Below, in pieces: positions 32,121-41,322 of a DNA stretch of 50,599 nucleotides; positions within the stretch are counted from its first letter, which is position 1, and every line of letters starts with the position of its first letter. A program made the translations under genes and the position numbers. Source of the stretch: a virus (taxonomy: Duplodnaviria; Caudoviricetes). The DNA lies in the IMG/VR virus record IMGVR_UViG_3300036979_000299, positions 1 to 50,599 of that record. One strand, given 5' to 3'. The notes beneath the pieces were generated by a model that was given only the letters and a program-made list of their open reading frames with translations, had not been told where the DNA came from and made no database searches.

Positions 32121-34127
32121 TCATGGTTGGTTTGTCCAGTTGGGATACAGGTAATCATATTGAGCCTGTGCATCGCGCATGTAGACGGGCATCTTGTTGG
32201 GCACGTGGTAGAGCTTCGGCCTGTCGCCTTCTCGCTGGTCGGGTGGCAACGCATTCCACGCCGCACGGGCCGCAACGCTGTTTGACAACTGCTGATACTG
32301 CCACAAGCGCCAGTCGTTTGTGGCTATTGGCGTAACCTCGATGATCTTGGTCGCCCACTTGCCAAGCACCGGGTAAGCGTTGCTGTGGATTTCGCATAAC
32401 TTTTCAACGGCCTTCGCCATTTTCTCAAGGTGAATCATTGTGCTGATGCCACGGAAATTATCTTCGGACGTGGCAATGTGCTCGTTATCTGCCGGGCTGT
32501 GGGAGGATATCTGTGTGCGCGTTCCTGACCCACCGTCCCACACGTACACCGATGAGTTGCTGGCAGCAATATAACCAGAGCCTGTATTTATTAGCGGGGG
32601 ATGGTCCATGTTATACATACGCAGTGATCGGTCGGCCTGTATTGACAACGCCGAAACAGCAGACGCCGTATTTGTTGGCGTGACGTTGATTACAAATCCC
32701 ATGCCCTGATCGGTATCGGTCCAGTTTTCAAAACAGTTTGCGAACATGGAAGAACGAGACCCCGAAGAAAACCCGGTCGCCCCGTAACCACGAAACGCTA
32801 ATCCGCCAACCTGGTCTCCGTTCTGCAATGCCGATGGAGCGGCGTATGTCCCTTTGGCTCGTCGTTGCAGTATGTAGCCCAACTGTGAATCCGAGTAGGT
32901 TTCATTTACGATGTTGAAATTAAGATATGACGCATGGGCATTTGGAGTTGATACTACGTGTAGAGCGTTCAGGGGTAAGTTGGTTCCAATGCCCAGCAAC
33001 ATGGCCGATGAATTCGTCTTTCCAGACAACGTCGCCGCCCCCGACACGTTGAGCGTGCCCATCGCCACGATGTTCGTCCCGTGGATGGTCCCGGCGTTGG
33101 TCGCCGACTGGCCCCCAAGATTGACAGCAGCCGTCGCGCCCGTGTAGGGAACAAACGTGGCTGATGCGTGACTGGCTTGCTCAAGGCCGTTTGTAACAGC
33201 AGAAGTCACGAGACCGTTCGTAACGGACGGATAAGCCAGCCCATTCGTGATGGCTGACGTGACAAGCCCATTGGTCACGCTCGGAGTCGCCAGGCCATTG
33301 GTGATGGCTGCCGTCACCAGGCCATTAGTGATGCTGGCCCCCACCCAGTTGCTTGGATTGTTCCGTGGGTAGTACGTGGAGTCCACCCAGTTGGTTCCTT
33401 CCGTGCGATTCCATAGGCCATTAGTAGATGGAACGCTCGACGCCTGTGCCAATCCCTGTGTCATCACATTGACCACATTCGTCACATCGGGAAAAGTTGT
33501 GAACCCATTCGTGGACGGAATGCTCGATGCTTGAGCAAGACCCTGAGTCATCACGTTCACGATATTCGTCACGTCCGGGAATGTCGTGAACCCATTCGTG
33601 GTGGGGATGGCAATTACGACCCACACACCATTACTCTGAGCCCACACATCTGTTGACCCAAACCCAACATTGGTGGCTGCATTCGCTGCAATACTGTCCC
33701 AAACATTGGTTCTTCCCACCATGTACTGTACCGCATTCGAGTACAATGCCACCCACGATGAAACCGAATCCCAAGTACCCGTCTGCCCGAACACATAGGA
33801 CACTCCCCCTGAATTGGAATTGACCCAAGCCCAAGCGGAATTCCAATACCCAGTCTGCCCGATCATGTACTGCACCGCGTTGCTGTTCGCTGTCACCCAC
33901 GCGGAGGCGTTCGTACTTGAAGGTGACAGGACAACCCACGTACCATTCGACCGGGCATACACACTGGTATTGTGCGGAGCATCACCCAGTACATTCGTCC
34001 AGTTGGACACGTAGCCGGGTGTGTACCCGTCCAGCGCACCCGTGGTTGTCCGGATACCCAGCGGCCTGAACGTCTGACCCCAAGCCAGCGCGGGAACGAC
34101 CAACAAAGCCAGCAGCATCTTTTTCAT
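32121..34127 (-). CDS. Tail-fibre-like protein with N-terminal signal peptide
   Basis: MKKMLLALLVVPALAWG|Q, foldon-like motif, internal repeats, LGIGTNLP..ALHV fibre motif; ATGA-coupled start. Confidence 0.75.
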   Translation of the reverse strand: MKKMLLALLVVPALAWGQTFRPLGIRTTTGALDGYTPGYVSNWTNVLGDAPHNTSVYARSNGTWVVLSPSSTNASAWVTANSNAVQYMIGQTGYWNSAWAWVNSNSGGVSYVFGQTGTWDSVSSWVALYSNAVQYMVGRTNVWDSIAANAATNVGFGSTDVWAQSNGVWVVIAIPTTNGFTTFPDVTNIVNVMTQGLAQASSIPSTNGFTTFPDVTNVVNVMTQGLAQASSVPSTNGLWNRTEGTNWVDSTYYPRNNPSNWVGASITNGLVTAAITNGLATPSVTNGLVTSAITNGLAYPSVTNGLVTSAVTNGLEQASHASATFVPYTGATAAVNLGGQSATNAGTIHGTNIVAMGTLNVSGAATLSGKTNSSAMLLGIGTNLPLNALHVVSTPNAHASYLNFNIVNETYSDSQLGYILQRRAKGTYAAPSALQNGDQVGGLAFRGYGATGFSSGSRSSMFANCFENWTDTDQGMGFVINVTPTNTASAVSALSIQADRSLRMYNMDHPPLINTGSGYIAASNSSVYVWDGGSGTRTQISSHSPADNEHIATSEDNFRGISTMIHLEKMAKAVEKLCEIHSNAYPVLGKWATKIIEVTPIATNDWRLWQYQQLSNSVAARAAWNALPPDQREGDRPKLYHVPNKMPVYMRDAQAQYDYLYPNWTNQP

Positions 34128-34516
34128 GTGAGTGTCAACTTTCCATCTCGTATATAATACCCATTCGCCCCGCCACCCTCCAACAACAGTGACACTTTGT
34201 CCGTGGTCAAATTCGCCCCGACAGGGGGGGTCGCAGCGGCTTGGGGAGGCGGGAGTCCGAGGATCATCCAGTGGTCCATTCCGTCCGTGCCGCGCCACAC
34301 GGCGATGTCCCCCAACTTGGCTCCTTCCGTGAGCGCCTTCCCCTCATCGGTGGCTGGGTCGGCGAAGTACACATCGGGTTGAGCCCGGAGCTGGTCAATC
34401 ATCATCACCCGGAAGTTCTCCAAGCGCACAACGAGTTCCGTGACGAGGGCTCTCATCTTGTCATCCATCTCCTCGCTCAAGACATCGTTGAAAGATATGA
34501 GATCCGAGATGTTCAC
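34124..34516 (-). CDS. Hypothetical tail-region protein
   Basis: 130 aa, coupled at both ends. Confidence 0.7.
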   Translation of the reverse strand: MNISDLISFNDVLSEEMDDKMRALVTELVVRLENFRVMMIDQLRAQPDVYFADPATDEGKALTEGAKLGDIAVWRGTDGMDHWMILGLPPPQAAATPPVGANLTTDKVSLLLEGGGANGYYIRDGKLTLT

Positions 34517-36642
34517 GCCTGCTTGCCTTTCGCCTGAACACGATTGAATACCACGGTCAAGGAATGAAACTCGGTCGGCCCATACGACCTGTCGATGATC
34601 GACATTCCCCAGCGGGGAACGGCTTCAAGCTTGTGATCCACCTTGTTCACCAAGGTCTGTGCCTGTGTCCGATCCAAGTACCGGGTCTCGCCCATCTTCA
34701 ACTGAGAGGTGTAGCCGTACTCGAACCCACGATAGATCCGGACGAACGGTGGATCGTCTTCATTGTGGTCCACACAGCAAGCCAACACTTCCCACACCTT
34801 CTTGGGCACATCGCTGTCGCCCCAATCGAATCGCTTCGGACCCCATCGCATTTCGATGAGACCCAGGTAGAACTTGTACCCGGCTCCTGGAACGGGGTTG
34901 AAAGCCAGCGGATCGGTCCCACCCACAACGGTCTGAATCGTGATGGTATCAGCCGTGTTGGATCGGATGTAAGCCACTTGGGCGTACTCCCCGTTCGCAT
35001 CCGACACGAGCACCCACCGTCCGGACAAGTCGCCCACCAGAGGCCCCCCTGATAAGTCGATGGTCAGGGTGGTACTGGTCCCGGCAGTAAGCACCCCGGA
35101 CAACACACTCTCCGTGGGTATCCACTCGCTGTAGAGTCCGGGCGTCCAGATCCTACCCCACACCCCACCGTAACCTTGACCGATTCCCTCAGTTCCACCC
35201 AGGGTCATGCTCTCCCCAGTTGCATCGTCAATGTACCCGGAGTAGGAGCACAGGAGATCCTTCTCGAAGTTGAAGAACCAACCCCCGGTCAGCGTGTTCT
35301 GGCCGATGGCGAAGTCAATGATACGATGCGAGCCCCGGAACGTGACGAATGCGCTGAAGAGACTCTGGGTCTGATCGTAGGCACAATGCCACAGCTTGAT
35401 CAGATTCTCGTCAGTCGATAAGTGTTCCCAGATTCGGGGCACGGATTGTCCGCTGATATCAACCAGTCTCGTGCCGTCCGATTCCAGGATACATTGCCGC
35501 CGAGCATCTATGCCTCTCACCAAACTGTCCACCGCCACCAAGCTATAGTGTGACGTGACCGAATTGGTTGTGGAGATCGCCCGACGCCGGGTCTTGAACG
35601 TGTCCGTCCCAATGAGCGTGAGATCCAGGGCGTAGCACGAGGGGCTGTCCGTGAACACGAGCAGGATCGGTTGGTTGGGAACTTGCGCGATCCCCGTGAT
35701 GTCACCCTCGAACTGAATCAAGTTGAGAGCCGGGTAGGACTCAGGCTCTCCCCGCTTGCTCCATCGAAGCACGTTGCCGGGGATGTAGCACATGAACTGC
35801 TGGCCCGCGCCCGATGCTGTCCCACTGTAGTTCATGGGCACACCGGAAGCACCCAACAGTCGGAGCGTGTGAGCGTCCACGTACTCACAGTAGTACGTCC
35901 CCGAGTTCCCAATACCTCCAGTCGAATCACCCAACAGCTTGAACGTCCACGAGTCGATGCCATCGTAGAAGATGTCAGCCCCCGCACTCACCAGGGGGGA
36001 GCCCGGTGTGACCGAGCATGTCACCCCTGACCCGATGGAGAAGTTGCCGCCGATGAAGATGTAGCTGCTGGCGGAAATGGCGTAGCGGTAGGCGGGCGGC
36101 TCGTAGTTGTCCTGCTCCACAGCCAGCCCGAGAAGATTGTCCGACGTGGTATCGCTCACCGTGACTGTCGCTGCCCCGGAGAAGTCCGCTTGGCCCGAGT
36201 AGTAGAATGGACCCACCACAGCCTCAGCCTGAGTGGATGCCCCCAGCGAGCGATAGATCAGCGCGGTCGTGATCCCATCTTGATTCGGATTGGTGACTAC
36301 AATCTGTCTCCCTGTTCCCACCTGCAATGTGGAAACGGATGTGGAAGGATTCCCCCGGATCATGTCCGATGATCCATCTGTCGCCGGGGTGGGACGGTTG
36401 TACAGAGTGGAAGCGTACACGGCCACCCACGCATACCACTTGCCCGTGGTGAGCCCTCCCGCGATCACTCCACCCAACGTGGGCACGGTGGCTTGCGGAA
36501 TCCCCAGCAGTTCCATCTGGAGATTCGAGTTGATTCGACGCGGTTTGTTGAGACCATTGAAGACCACATAGCGGTTCATCAGACGATCACCCGCCACACA
36601 GTCTTTCGTCACACCCTGCATTGTTCCGACAAAGATTTCCAT
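34513..36642 (-). CDS. Tail nozzle / head-closure-like beta-propeller protein, apparently lacking the usual N-terminus
   Basis: LRWSKRGEPESYP, GDITGI, C-terminal KRFDWGDSDVPKK; position downstream of the adaptor. Confidence 0.65.
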   Translation of the reverse strand: MEIFVGTMQGVTKDCVAGDRLMNRYVVFNGLNKPRRINSNLQMELLGIPQATVPTLGGVIAGGLTTGKWYAWVAVYASTLYNRPTPATDGSSDMIRGNPSTSVSTLQVGTGRQIVVTNPNQDGITTALIYRSLGASTQAEAVVGPFYYSGQADFSGAATVTVSDTTSDNLLGLAVEQDNYEPPAYRYAISASSYIFIGGNFSIGSGVTCSVTPGSPLVSAGADIFYDGIDSWTFKLLGDSTGGIGNSGTYYCEYVDAHTLRLLGASGVPMNYSGTASGAGQQFMCYIPGNVLRWSKRGEPESYPALNLIQFEGDITGIAQVPNQPILLVFTDSPSCYALDLTLIGTDTFKTRRRAISTTNSVTSHYSLVAVDSLVRGIDARRQCILESDGTRLVDISGQSVPRIWEHLSTDENLIKLWHCAYDQTQSLFSAFVTFRGSHRIIDFAIGQNTLTGGWFFNFEKDLLCSYSGYIDDATGESMTLGGTEGIGQGYGGVWGRIWTPGLYSEWIPTESVLSGVLTAGTSTTLTIDLSGGPLVGDLSGRWVLVSDANGEYAQVAYIRSNTADTITIQTVVGGTDPLAFNPVPGAGYKFYLGLIEMRWGPKRFDWGDSDVPKKVWEVLACCVDHNEDDPPFVRIYRGFEYGYTSQLKMGETRYLDRTQAQTLVNKVDHKLEAVPRWGMSIIDRSYGPTEFHSLTVVFNRVQAKGKQA

Positions 36643-36651
36643 TGTTCCTCC

Positions 36652-37653
36652 TTACCAAACACTGGGACCAAATGTGAACGTGATGGTTGTTCCGCCCTGT
36701 GAAACAGACACCGGCCCTCCGCTTGGATACCCGATGGAATTTACTGTCGCTGTCACAGGTACGACCGGACCATTGACTCCGATACTGTTGGACATGAATG
36801 CCGTATAATGCCCGTCGTAATACCGATAGAGGAAAACCTTTCCCGACAATGGAGCCCACGTGTAACTCCACTTATCATAGTTCGGTCCGCCACCGCCAGA
36901 GTTGTAACTCATGGTTTGATTGCCGATTCCATTATCGGCCACCATCTTCACAGTCCCGGTATACTTGGGTGAAACCAGTACGGATACCGGGAGCGTTTTT
37001 GGTGTGACACCTCCAACAATCGTTTCATCAACTTGAATCACTCCGCTGTACGAATCCGCCACTACCCCTGTTGGATCAAGTGTCACCACTGCATTGTCAG
37101 TGGCACCATACGCCAATATTCCCGTGGCTGGAGCGAGCGAGAACTTCGAGGTGATATCACCTCCGACAGGTCCAGTAACAGAAAACGCTTTTGCCCAAGT
37201 CAATGTGGACAGAGCATCCCCCACGTTCTTCACAATCATGTTCGCCGTCTGAGGCAGCGTCGCTCCCACAGTCGTTGAGAAACTGAGCGTCCCGGTCAGG
37301 CTGATGATCGGCCTTCTCTGCAAGATATCGACCGTCAGATTCACGACATCGGAATCCACGGCCACACCACCTGTGGCATCCCGGTAGTACGTCAACCCGA
37401 TCACAGCCGTGTAGGGGGAAGATGCTGCTACCATATTCGTTGTGTCCACAGTCACGATAACGAGAGCGCCATCCGAGTTGGCTATTGGGCCTATCCTGAC
37501 TCCAGATATCACCGGATAAGTGAACCCATGCAGGGCGTATGTAAGCGCGGCGCTGGACCCGGCTGGCCACGCGGAAGGTCCGGCTATGCTCACAGAAACA
37601 TAAGCATTAATCCCACCCACATTCGTCAGAGTCGTATATGCGGAAGCGATCAT
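36652..37653 (-). CDS. Ig-like (BACON-type) beta-rich virion protein
   Basis: LSF...VKNVG...TLTW...YSGVIQV...TLPVSV pattern. Confidence 0.6.
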   Translation of the reverse strand: MIASAYTTLTNVGGINAYVSVSIAGPSAWPAGSSAALTYALHGFTYPVISGVRIGPIANSDGALVIVTVDTTNMVAASSPYTAVIGLTYYRDATGGVAVDSDVVNLTVDILQRRPIISLTGTLSFSTTVGATLPQTANMIVKNVGDALSTLTWAKAFSVTGPVGGDITSKFSLAPATGILAYGATDNAVVTLDPTGVVADSYSGVIQVDETIVGGVTPKTLPVSVLVSPKYTGTVKMVADNGIGNQTMSYNSGGGGPNYDKWSYTWAPLSGKVFLYRYYDGHYTAFMSNSIGVNGPVVPVTATVNSIGYPSGGPVSVSQGGTTITFTFGPSVW

Positions 37654-38909
37654 TCACCCTCATACGCTGTAATGGTTAGTGCCAACGGAACGACTGTGAT
37701 GTCCAACTCACCCAACTTCAACGACACGTTCAGAGACGCTGTGATCGGCAACCCATTCGGATTCTTCACGACATTCCCGTACACGTCCACCACAGTGAAC
37801 AGAATAGTGCCGGACACCAAAACCACACCGCTTAACCCGGTGGAATCGAACGCCAAGTCCAGAGGCATGTGGATACCATTCCACATGCCTCCAAAGAAAG
37901 TGTCCCCACTGTCCAGCCTAATTCCCTGTGGCACGATATTCACGTCTCCAGTAATCACCTTCAACCACGAGGCGGAGAAAGATACCCGGATGTTGTAGAG
38001 AATGTTCCCACCCAACCCCAGATCGTTTGTCCAAACCTCGATCCGCTTCATCGTGATCTGCGACTGATCGGGAGGACTGTTGAACTCGGTGTTCGGAGAA
38101 GCGAACAACGCCATGACCACGGGTTCTCCCCCGGTCTGTCCTTGTGGACCTACGGGATCAGGTGGCGGATACGGAGGCGGTGGCCACCACTTGGGATCTT
38201 TCGGTGGGTCCAACGGCGGAGGCGGCGGAGGCGGTGGAGGCGGCGGTGGTGGAGGCGGAGGAGGAGGCGGAGGACCAGGATCAAGTATGAATATCCACTC
38301 TCCCCCTGCGTCAGCTTCCACAACCTCACTCGGAACAGAAATCAAATTGACGGTGTATGCGGGTATGGTGGCTCTGACTTGCCATGTGTACGTTCCGGTA
38401 GTCAACCCAGTCACCAACCTAGATGTGCTGCTCCCAGTACTGATCCAACTCCCGCTCTTACCGGGACCGCTCAAGCTGTATTCATAAGTCGCCGGGATCT
38501 GAGTAGTGCCATCCAATCCACCCCACCGACAAAACGATTGCCACCTCAGAGTCACGTCCATGTTTGCGACCTTATACGTCGTGCTGTCAGGGGGGAATAT
38601 CTTCCCGAAGATGGCCATCCCCGGAAACATCAGTCCACTGGGAATCGGGTTTGGGTTTGGAGAGATGGTGATTCTTCCACCCGCCTGTCGGAAGATCCCA
38701 GCGCGATCACGAAAGCGGAGCCCGGTCAGCGTCCACACCGGCCCACCCAGACTCCCCGTGCAGCACAGCAGCTTCCCCGGAATGCGCTTGAGGATGGTTG
38801 CCGGATTGTCAGTGCAGCCGTGGATCTCATCGACAAGAGATCCCATCTTGCCGACTTCCTTCACGCCGCCGAAGACGTGATACAATTCAAGTTCTTCTTC
38901 TGTTCTCAT
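37650..38909 (-). CDS. Tail-associated protein: nozzle-like N-module, FN3/Ig-like segments, poly-Pro linker
   Basis: N-terminus paralogous to 38906-39256; GLTTGTYTWQVRA FN3-like motif; 20 consecutive Pro. Confidence 0.7.
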   Translation of the reverse strand: MRTEEELELYHVFGGVKEVGKMGSLVDEIHGCTDNPATILKRIPGKLLCCTGSLGGPVWTLTGLRFRDRAGIFRQAGGRITISPNPNPIPSGLMFPGMAIFGKIFPPDSTTYKVANMDVTLRWQSFCRWGGLDGTTQIPATYEYSLSGPGKSGSWISTGSSTSRLVTGLTTGTYTWQVRATIPAYTVNLISVPSEVVEADAGGEWIFILDPGPPPPPPPPPPPPPPPPPPPPLDPPKDPKWWPPPPYPPPDPVGPQGQTGGEPVVMALFASPNTEFNSPPDQSQITMKRIEVWTNDLGLGGNILYNIRVSFSASWLKVITGDVNIVPQGIRLDSGDTFFGGMWNGIHMPLDLAFDSTGLSGVVLVSGTILFTVVDVYGNVVKNPNGLPITASLNVSLKLGELDITVVPLALTITAYEGE

Positions 38910-39256
38910 TCCAGTATGAACCGATCCGTGGGTGGCAAAGTCTGATCGTAAGTCAGCGGGGCTCGAAGCACATCCGTCTCGGTCTCGCTCACCCAAGTTC
39001 CACAGCGATTGAGAACCACATGGGAGATCCCCCTGAAAGAGAGCTGAGTCAGCGTGAGCACCGTGCCCCCTAGCGAGCCCGTGGAGGCCATGACCTTTCC
39101 GGGGATGCGTCTGATGTTTCCACGATCCGAAGGCTGTCCACCGTGTAACCAGGGTACCAGGGTAGAGTCCAAGTTGAGTTCGTCCACGGCTTGATTGACA
39201 CCGCGAAAGAACCCTACTTCGTATGGAGATTCCTCGACACGCCTTTGGTTACTCAT
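38906..39256 (-). CDS. Small tail protein resembling a nozzle N-terminal module
   Basis: FFRGVN...GNIRRIPGK; ATGA-coupled at both ends. Confidence 0.65.
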   Translation of the reverse strand: MSNQRRVEESPYEVGFFRGVNQAVDELNLDSTLVPWLHGGQPSDRGNIRRIPGKVMASTGSLGGTVLTLTQLSFRGISHVVLNRCGTWVSETETDVLRAPLTYDQTLPPTDRFILE

Positions 39257-40233
39257 CTGAAACGACCGACACCCGAGCGAGAGCCACGGGTGATGAATAT
39301 GCCTCTCACACCCGTCTGTCTGCCAGACACGGAACCAATCGTCAGGTCACTTACCAGGGTCTGACTCTTGTTCCGTCGCTTCTGAATACCTTCAGCTCTC
39401 GACATGGCCCTGCCCCAGAACTGCCGGGCAACATCCATGTTGTGATGCCACTCCAAAGCCACGGACCCCGCCATGTAGGCGATGGCCTCGCCCATGTTGG
39501 GCAGCTCAGGGACATCGGTGTCGTTGTAGAGTCGTTTCGGTTTCGCTGAGTAGCGAATAGAGAAAGCGGATGCGTCCGTGGCAGGGGGGATGCCATACAC
39601 GATGAACTGTTGAGTCTCGGACGGACGCACCCGCATGGTGAAGGAGCCCGATGGCCCTCGATACTCGGTCAGCAAATTGAACCCCACACCCGGAACGAAC
39701 GACCCGGCTTCGATCTGGTATCCGTAGTCACCAGGATCGACCATGTCGTTCAGGTCATGCGCGGAGTTGTTGGAATCGGAATAAGGATCGAACCTGACCC
39801 AATAGTCCTGAGATAGGACCGTATCAACGGATGACGTCTGAGCGGCTTTAAGGCCGTTTGTCAGAACCACGTTTTGAATTTGGGTCAGGTCCGCTCCCAC
39901 GATTCCAGACCAGTCATAGAATCGTACAGTGCCAAGATTCCCTGTTCGTCTCTCATACTTAAGCCGCATGGTCTCGTCCGGAACAGGGTCCAACCGGCGA
40001 GTCCCATACATGAGTCCAATCTCCGTGCCGTTGTAGTCATAGGGCAAGGGATAGAACTGCTGGTTAGCCACCGCACCGATAGTCACGGTCTTGGTGAGGG
40101 ATGGAAGGACATACGCTTCCGCGATCCGCTCCCACCCCTGGTTGATCCAGCGATCCCGGAGGGGAGTCATCTCGTCAAGGCGGGCGGTGCGGATCAGGTC
40201 ATCGAACTCTTGTCGGATTCGGTAAAGCTGCAT
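39253..40233 (-). CDS. Head-tail adaptor protein
   Basis: Helical N-terminus WINQGWERI, QFYPLPYD, C-terminal DVPELP...AIAYMA; position. Confidence 0.7.
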   Translation of the reverse strand: MQLYRIRQEFDDLIRTARLDEMTPLRDRWINQGWERIAEAYVLPSLTKTVTIGAVANQQFYPLPYDYNGTEIGLMYGTRRLDPVPDETMRLKYERRTGNLGTVRFYDWSGIVGADLTQIQNVVLTNGLKAAQTSSVDTVLSQDYWVRFDPYSDSNNSAHDLNDMVDPGDYGYQIEAGSFVPGVGFNLLTEYRGPSGSFTMRVRPSETQQFIVYGIPPATDASAFSIRYSAKPKRLYNDTDVPELPNMGEAIAYMAGSVALEWHHNMDVARQFWGRAMSRAEGIQKRRNKSQTLVSDLTIGSVSGRQTGVRGIFITRGSRSGVGRFR

Positions 40234-40240
40234 GTGCTCC

Positions 40241-40471
40241 TCAAGGAACCATCGGTCCCATGTTAGCCAGCAAGGCTTGAAGCTGCTGGTCTACGTTGTC
40301 CAACATCGGTTCGAGAATTTCGTCCCCGTAGTTTTTCCTCGCCTCGTGCAGATAGCAGCCCTTGCACAGCCTCTCCCCCCGATAGTAGACGCCGGGAGGA
40401 ACCATCACGATGTCACTGCATCGGTCGCATGTTCCCCGCTGCTTCTCGTAACCGAAGGGAGGGCGCGGCAT
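40241..40471 (-). CDS. Small zinc-finger protein
   Basis: CDRC...CKGC; AGGAG RBS. Confidence 0.7.
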   Translation of the reverse strand: MPRPPFGYEKQRGTCDRCSDIVMVPPGVYYRGERLCKGCYLHEARKNYGDEILEPMLDNVDQQLQALLANMGPMVP

Positions 40472-40480
40472 GTCGGACTC

Positions 40481-40708
40481 CTATCGCTTGAGACTGGCCA
40501 GCTTGGTCTTGCTCCCATACGTGGACTCGAACGTATGCTTCAGCTTGCGACCCGAGGCCGCGTGACCGCGAGACTTGGCCGGTGTGGCCCAGCCCTTCTG
40601 ACTTGAACCTGATCCTGATTTCACTGGAGCCTCCTGATGCCTGTTGTTGAGTGTGCCCGTTACGCCCTTCTCTCCCATCGCCGTCCGAAGAATCGGTGTG
40701 ATCGCCAT
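40481..40708 (-). CDS. Small basic protein
   Basis: GGAG RBS before MAITPIL; K/R/S/G-rich. Confidence 0.6.
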   Translation of the reverse strand: MAITPILRTAMGEKGVTGTLNNRHQEAPVKSGSGSSQKGWATPAKSRGHAASGRKLKHTFESTYGSKTKLASLKR

Positions 40709-40766
40709 GTGATTCTCCCCCATCAGGGGGAGGCCCGGTCATCTCTGACCGAGCCTCCTCGATTGA

Positions 40767-41264
40767 TTACGGATTGTTGCCACGACTCAGTTCGATCCAC
40801 TTCGAGCTGGTTACGGCGTACAGACTCAGCACATCGTTGGTGTTACCCAACCACGTAGCCGACAGCACGACGTTGGCGGCAGCGACAATGGACACCAGGT
40901 TTGTGCTACTGGAATCCACGATCAAGTCAACCGTCTGACCAGCCGCAATCGGCGTAGGCAGCGTGACCGTATTCGTCCCGGCAGCGGCGGACCCGATGCC
41001 GGTCAGAACGATCTTGGACCCATTGCACACCACAGCCTGAGCGTTCGTCACGTCTTGCGCTCTGGGGGTGGCAAAAATGTTGTACAGAAGGGTGGTGTCC
41101 CGCAACGTGGGAGTCACGAAAGCCGCATCAATCAGATTGCCGTAGGTGGCATCCAGATACGCCTGCATCCGAACCCAATCCCGAAGGATAGGTTCGGGGG
41201 TCTGACTCATCGCAACAGCGGACATCGACAGAACAGCCAACACCAACACAATGAACTTCTTCAT
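40767..41264 (-). CDS. Signal-peptide-bearing protein next to major capsid (decoration / head-fibre-like)
   Basis: MKKFIVLVLAVLSMSAVAMS|Q; C-terminal TVTLPT...GQTV.LI...WIE motif seen in fibre/decoration domains. Confidence 0.75.
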   Translation of the reverse strand: MKKFIVLVLAVLSMSAVAMSQTPEPILRDWVRMQAYLDATYGNLIDAAFVTPTLRDTTLLYNIFATPRAQDVTNAQAVVCNGSKIVLTGIGSAAAGTNTVTLPTPIAAGQTVDLIVDSSSTNLVSIVAAANVVLSATWLGNTNDVLSLYAVTSSKWIELSRGNNP

Positions 41265-41280
41265 CAGTTTCTCCTCATCA

Positions 41281-41309
41281 GGGGGGAGTGGAATCGTACC
41301 ACTCCCCCC
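41281..41309 (-). terminator. 11-bp hairpin after the major capsid gene
   Basis: GGGGGGAGTGG-7 nt-CCACTCCCCCC; no U-tract. Confidence 0.5.
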
Positions 41310-41322
41310 GTGGATTGTTCGA

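Noticed and set aside
37869-38945. Plus-strand poly-Arg and poly-Gly ORFs
   Set aside because: Antisense readings of the poly-Pro tract
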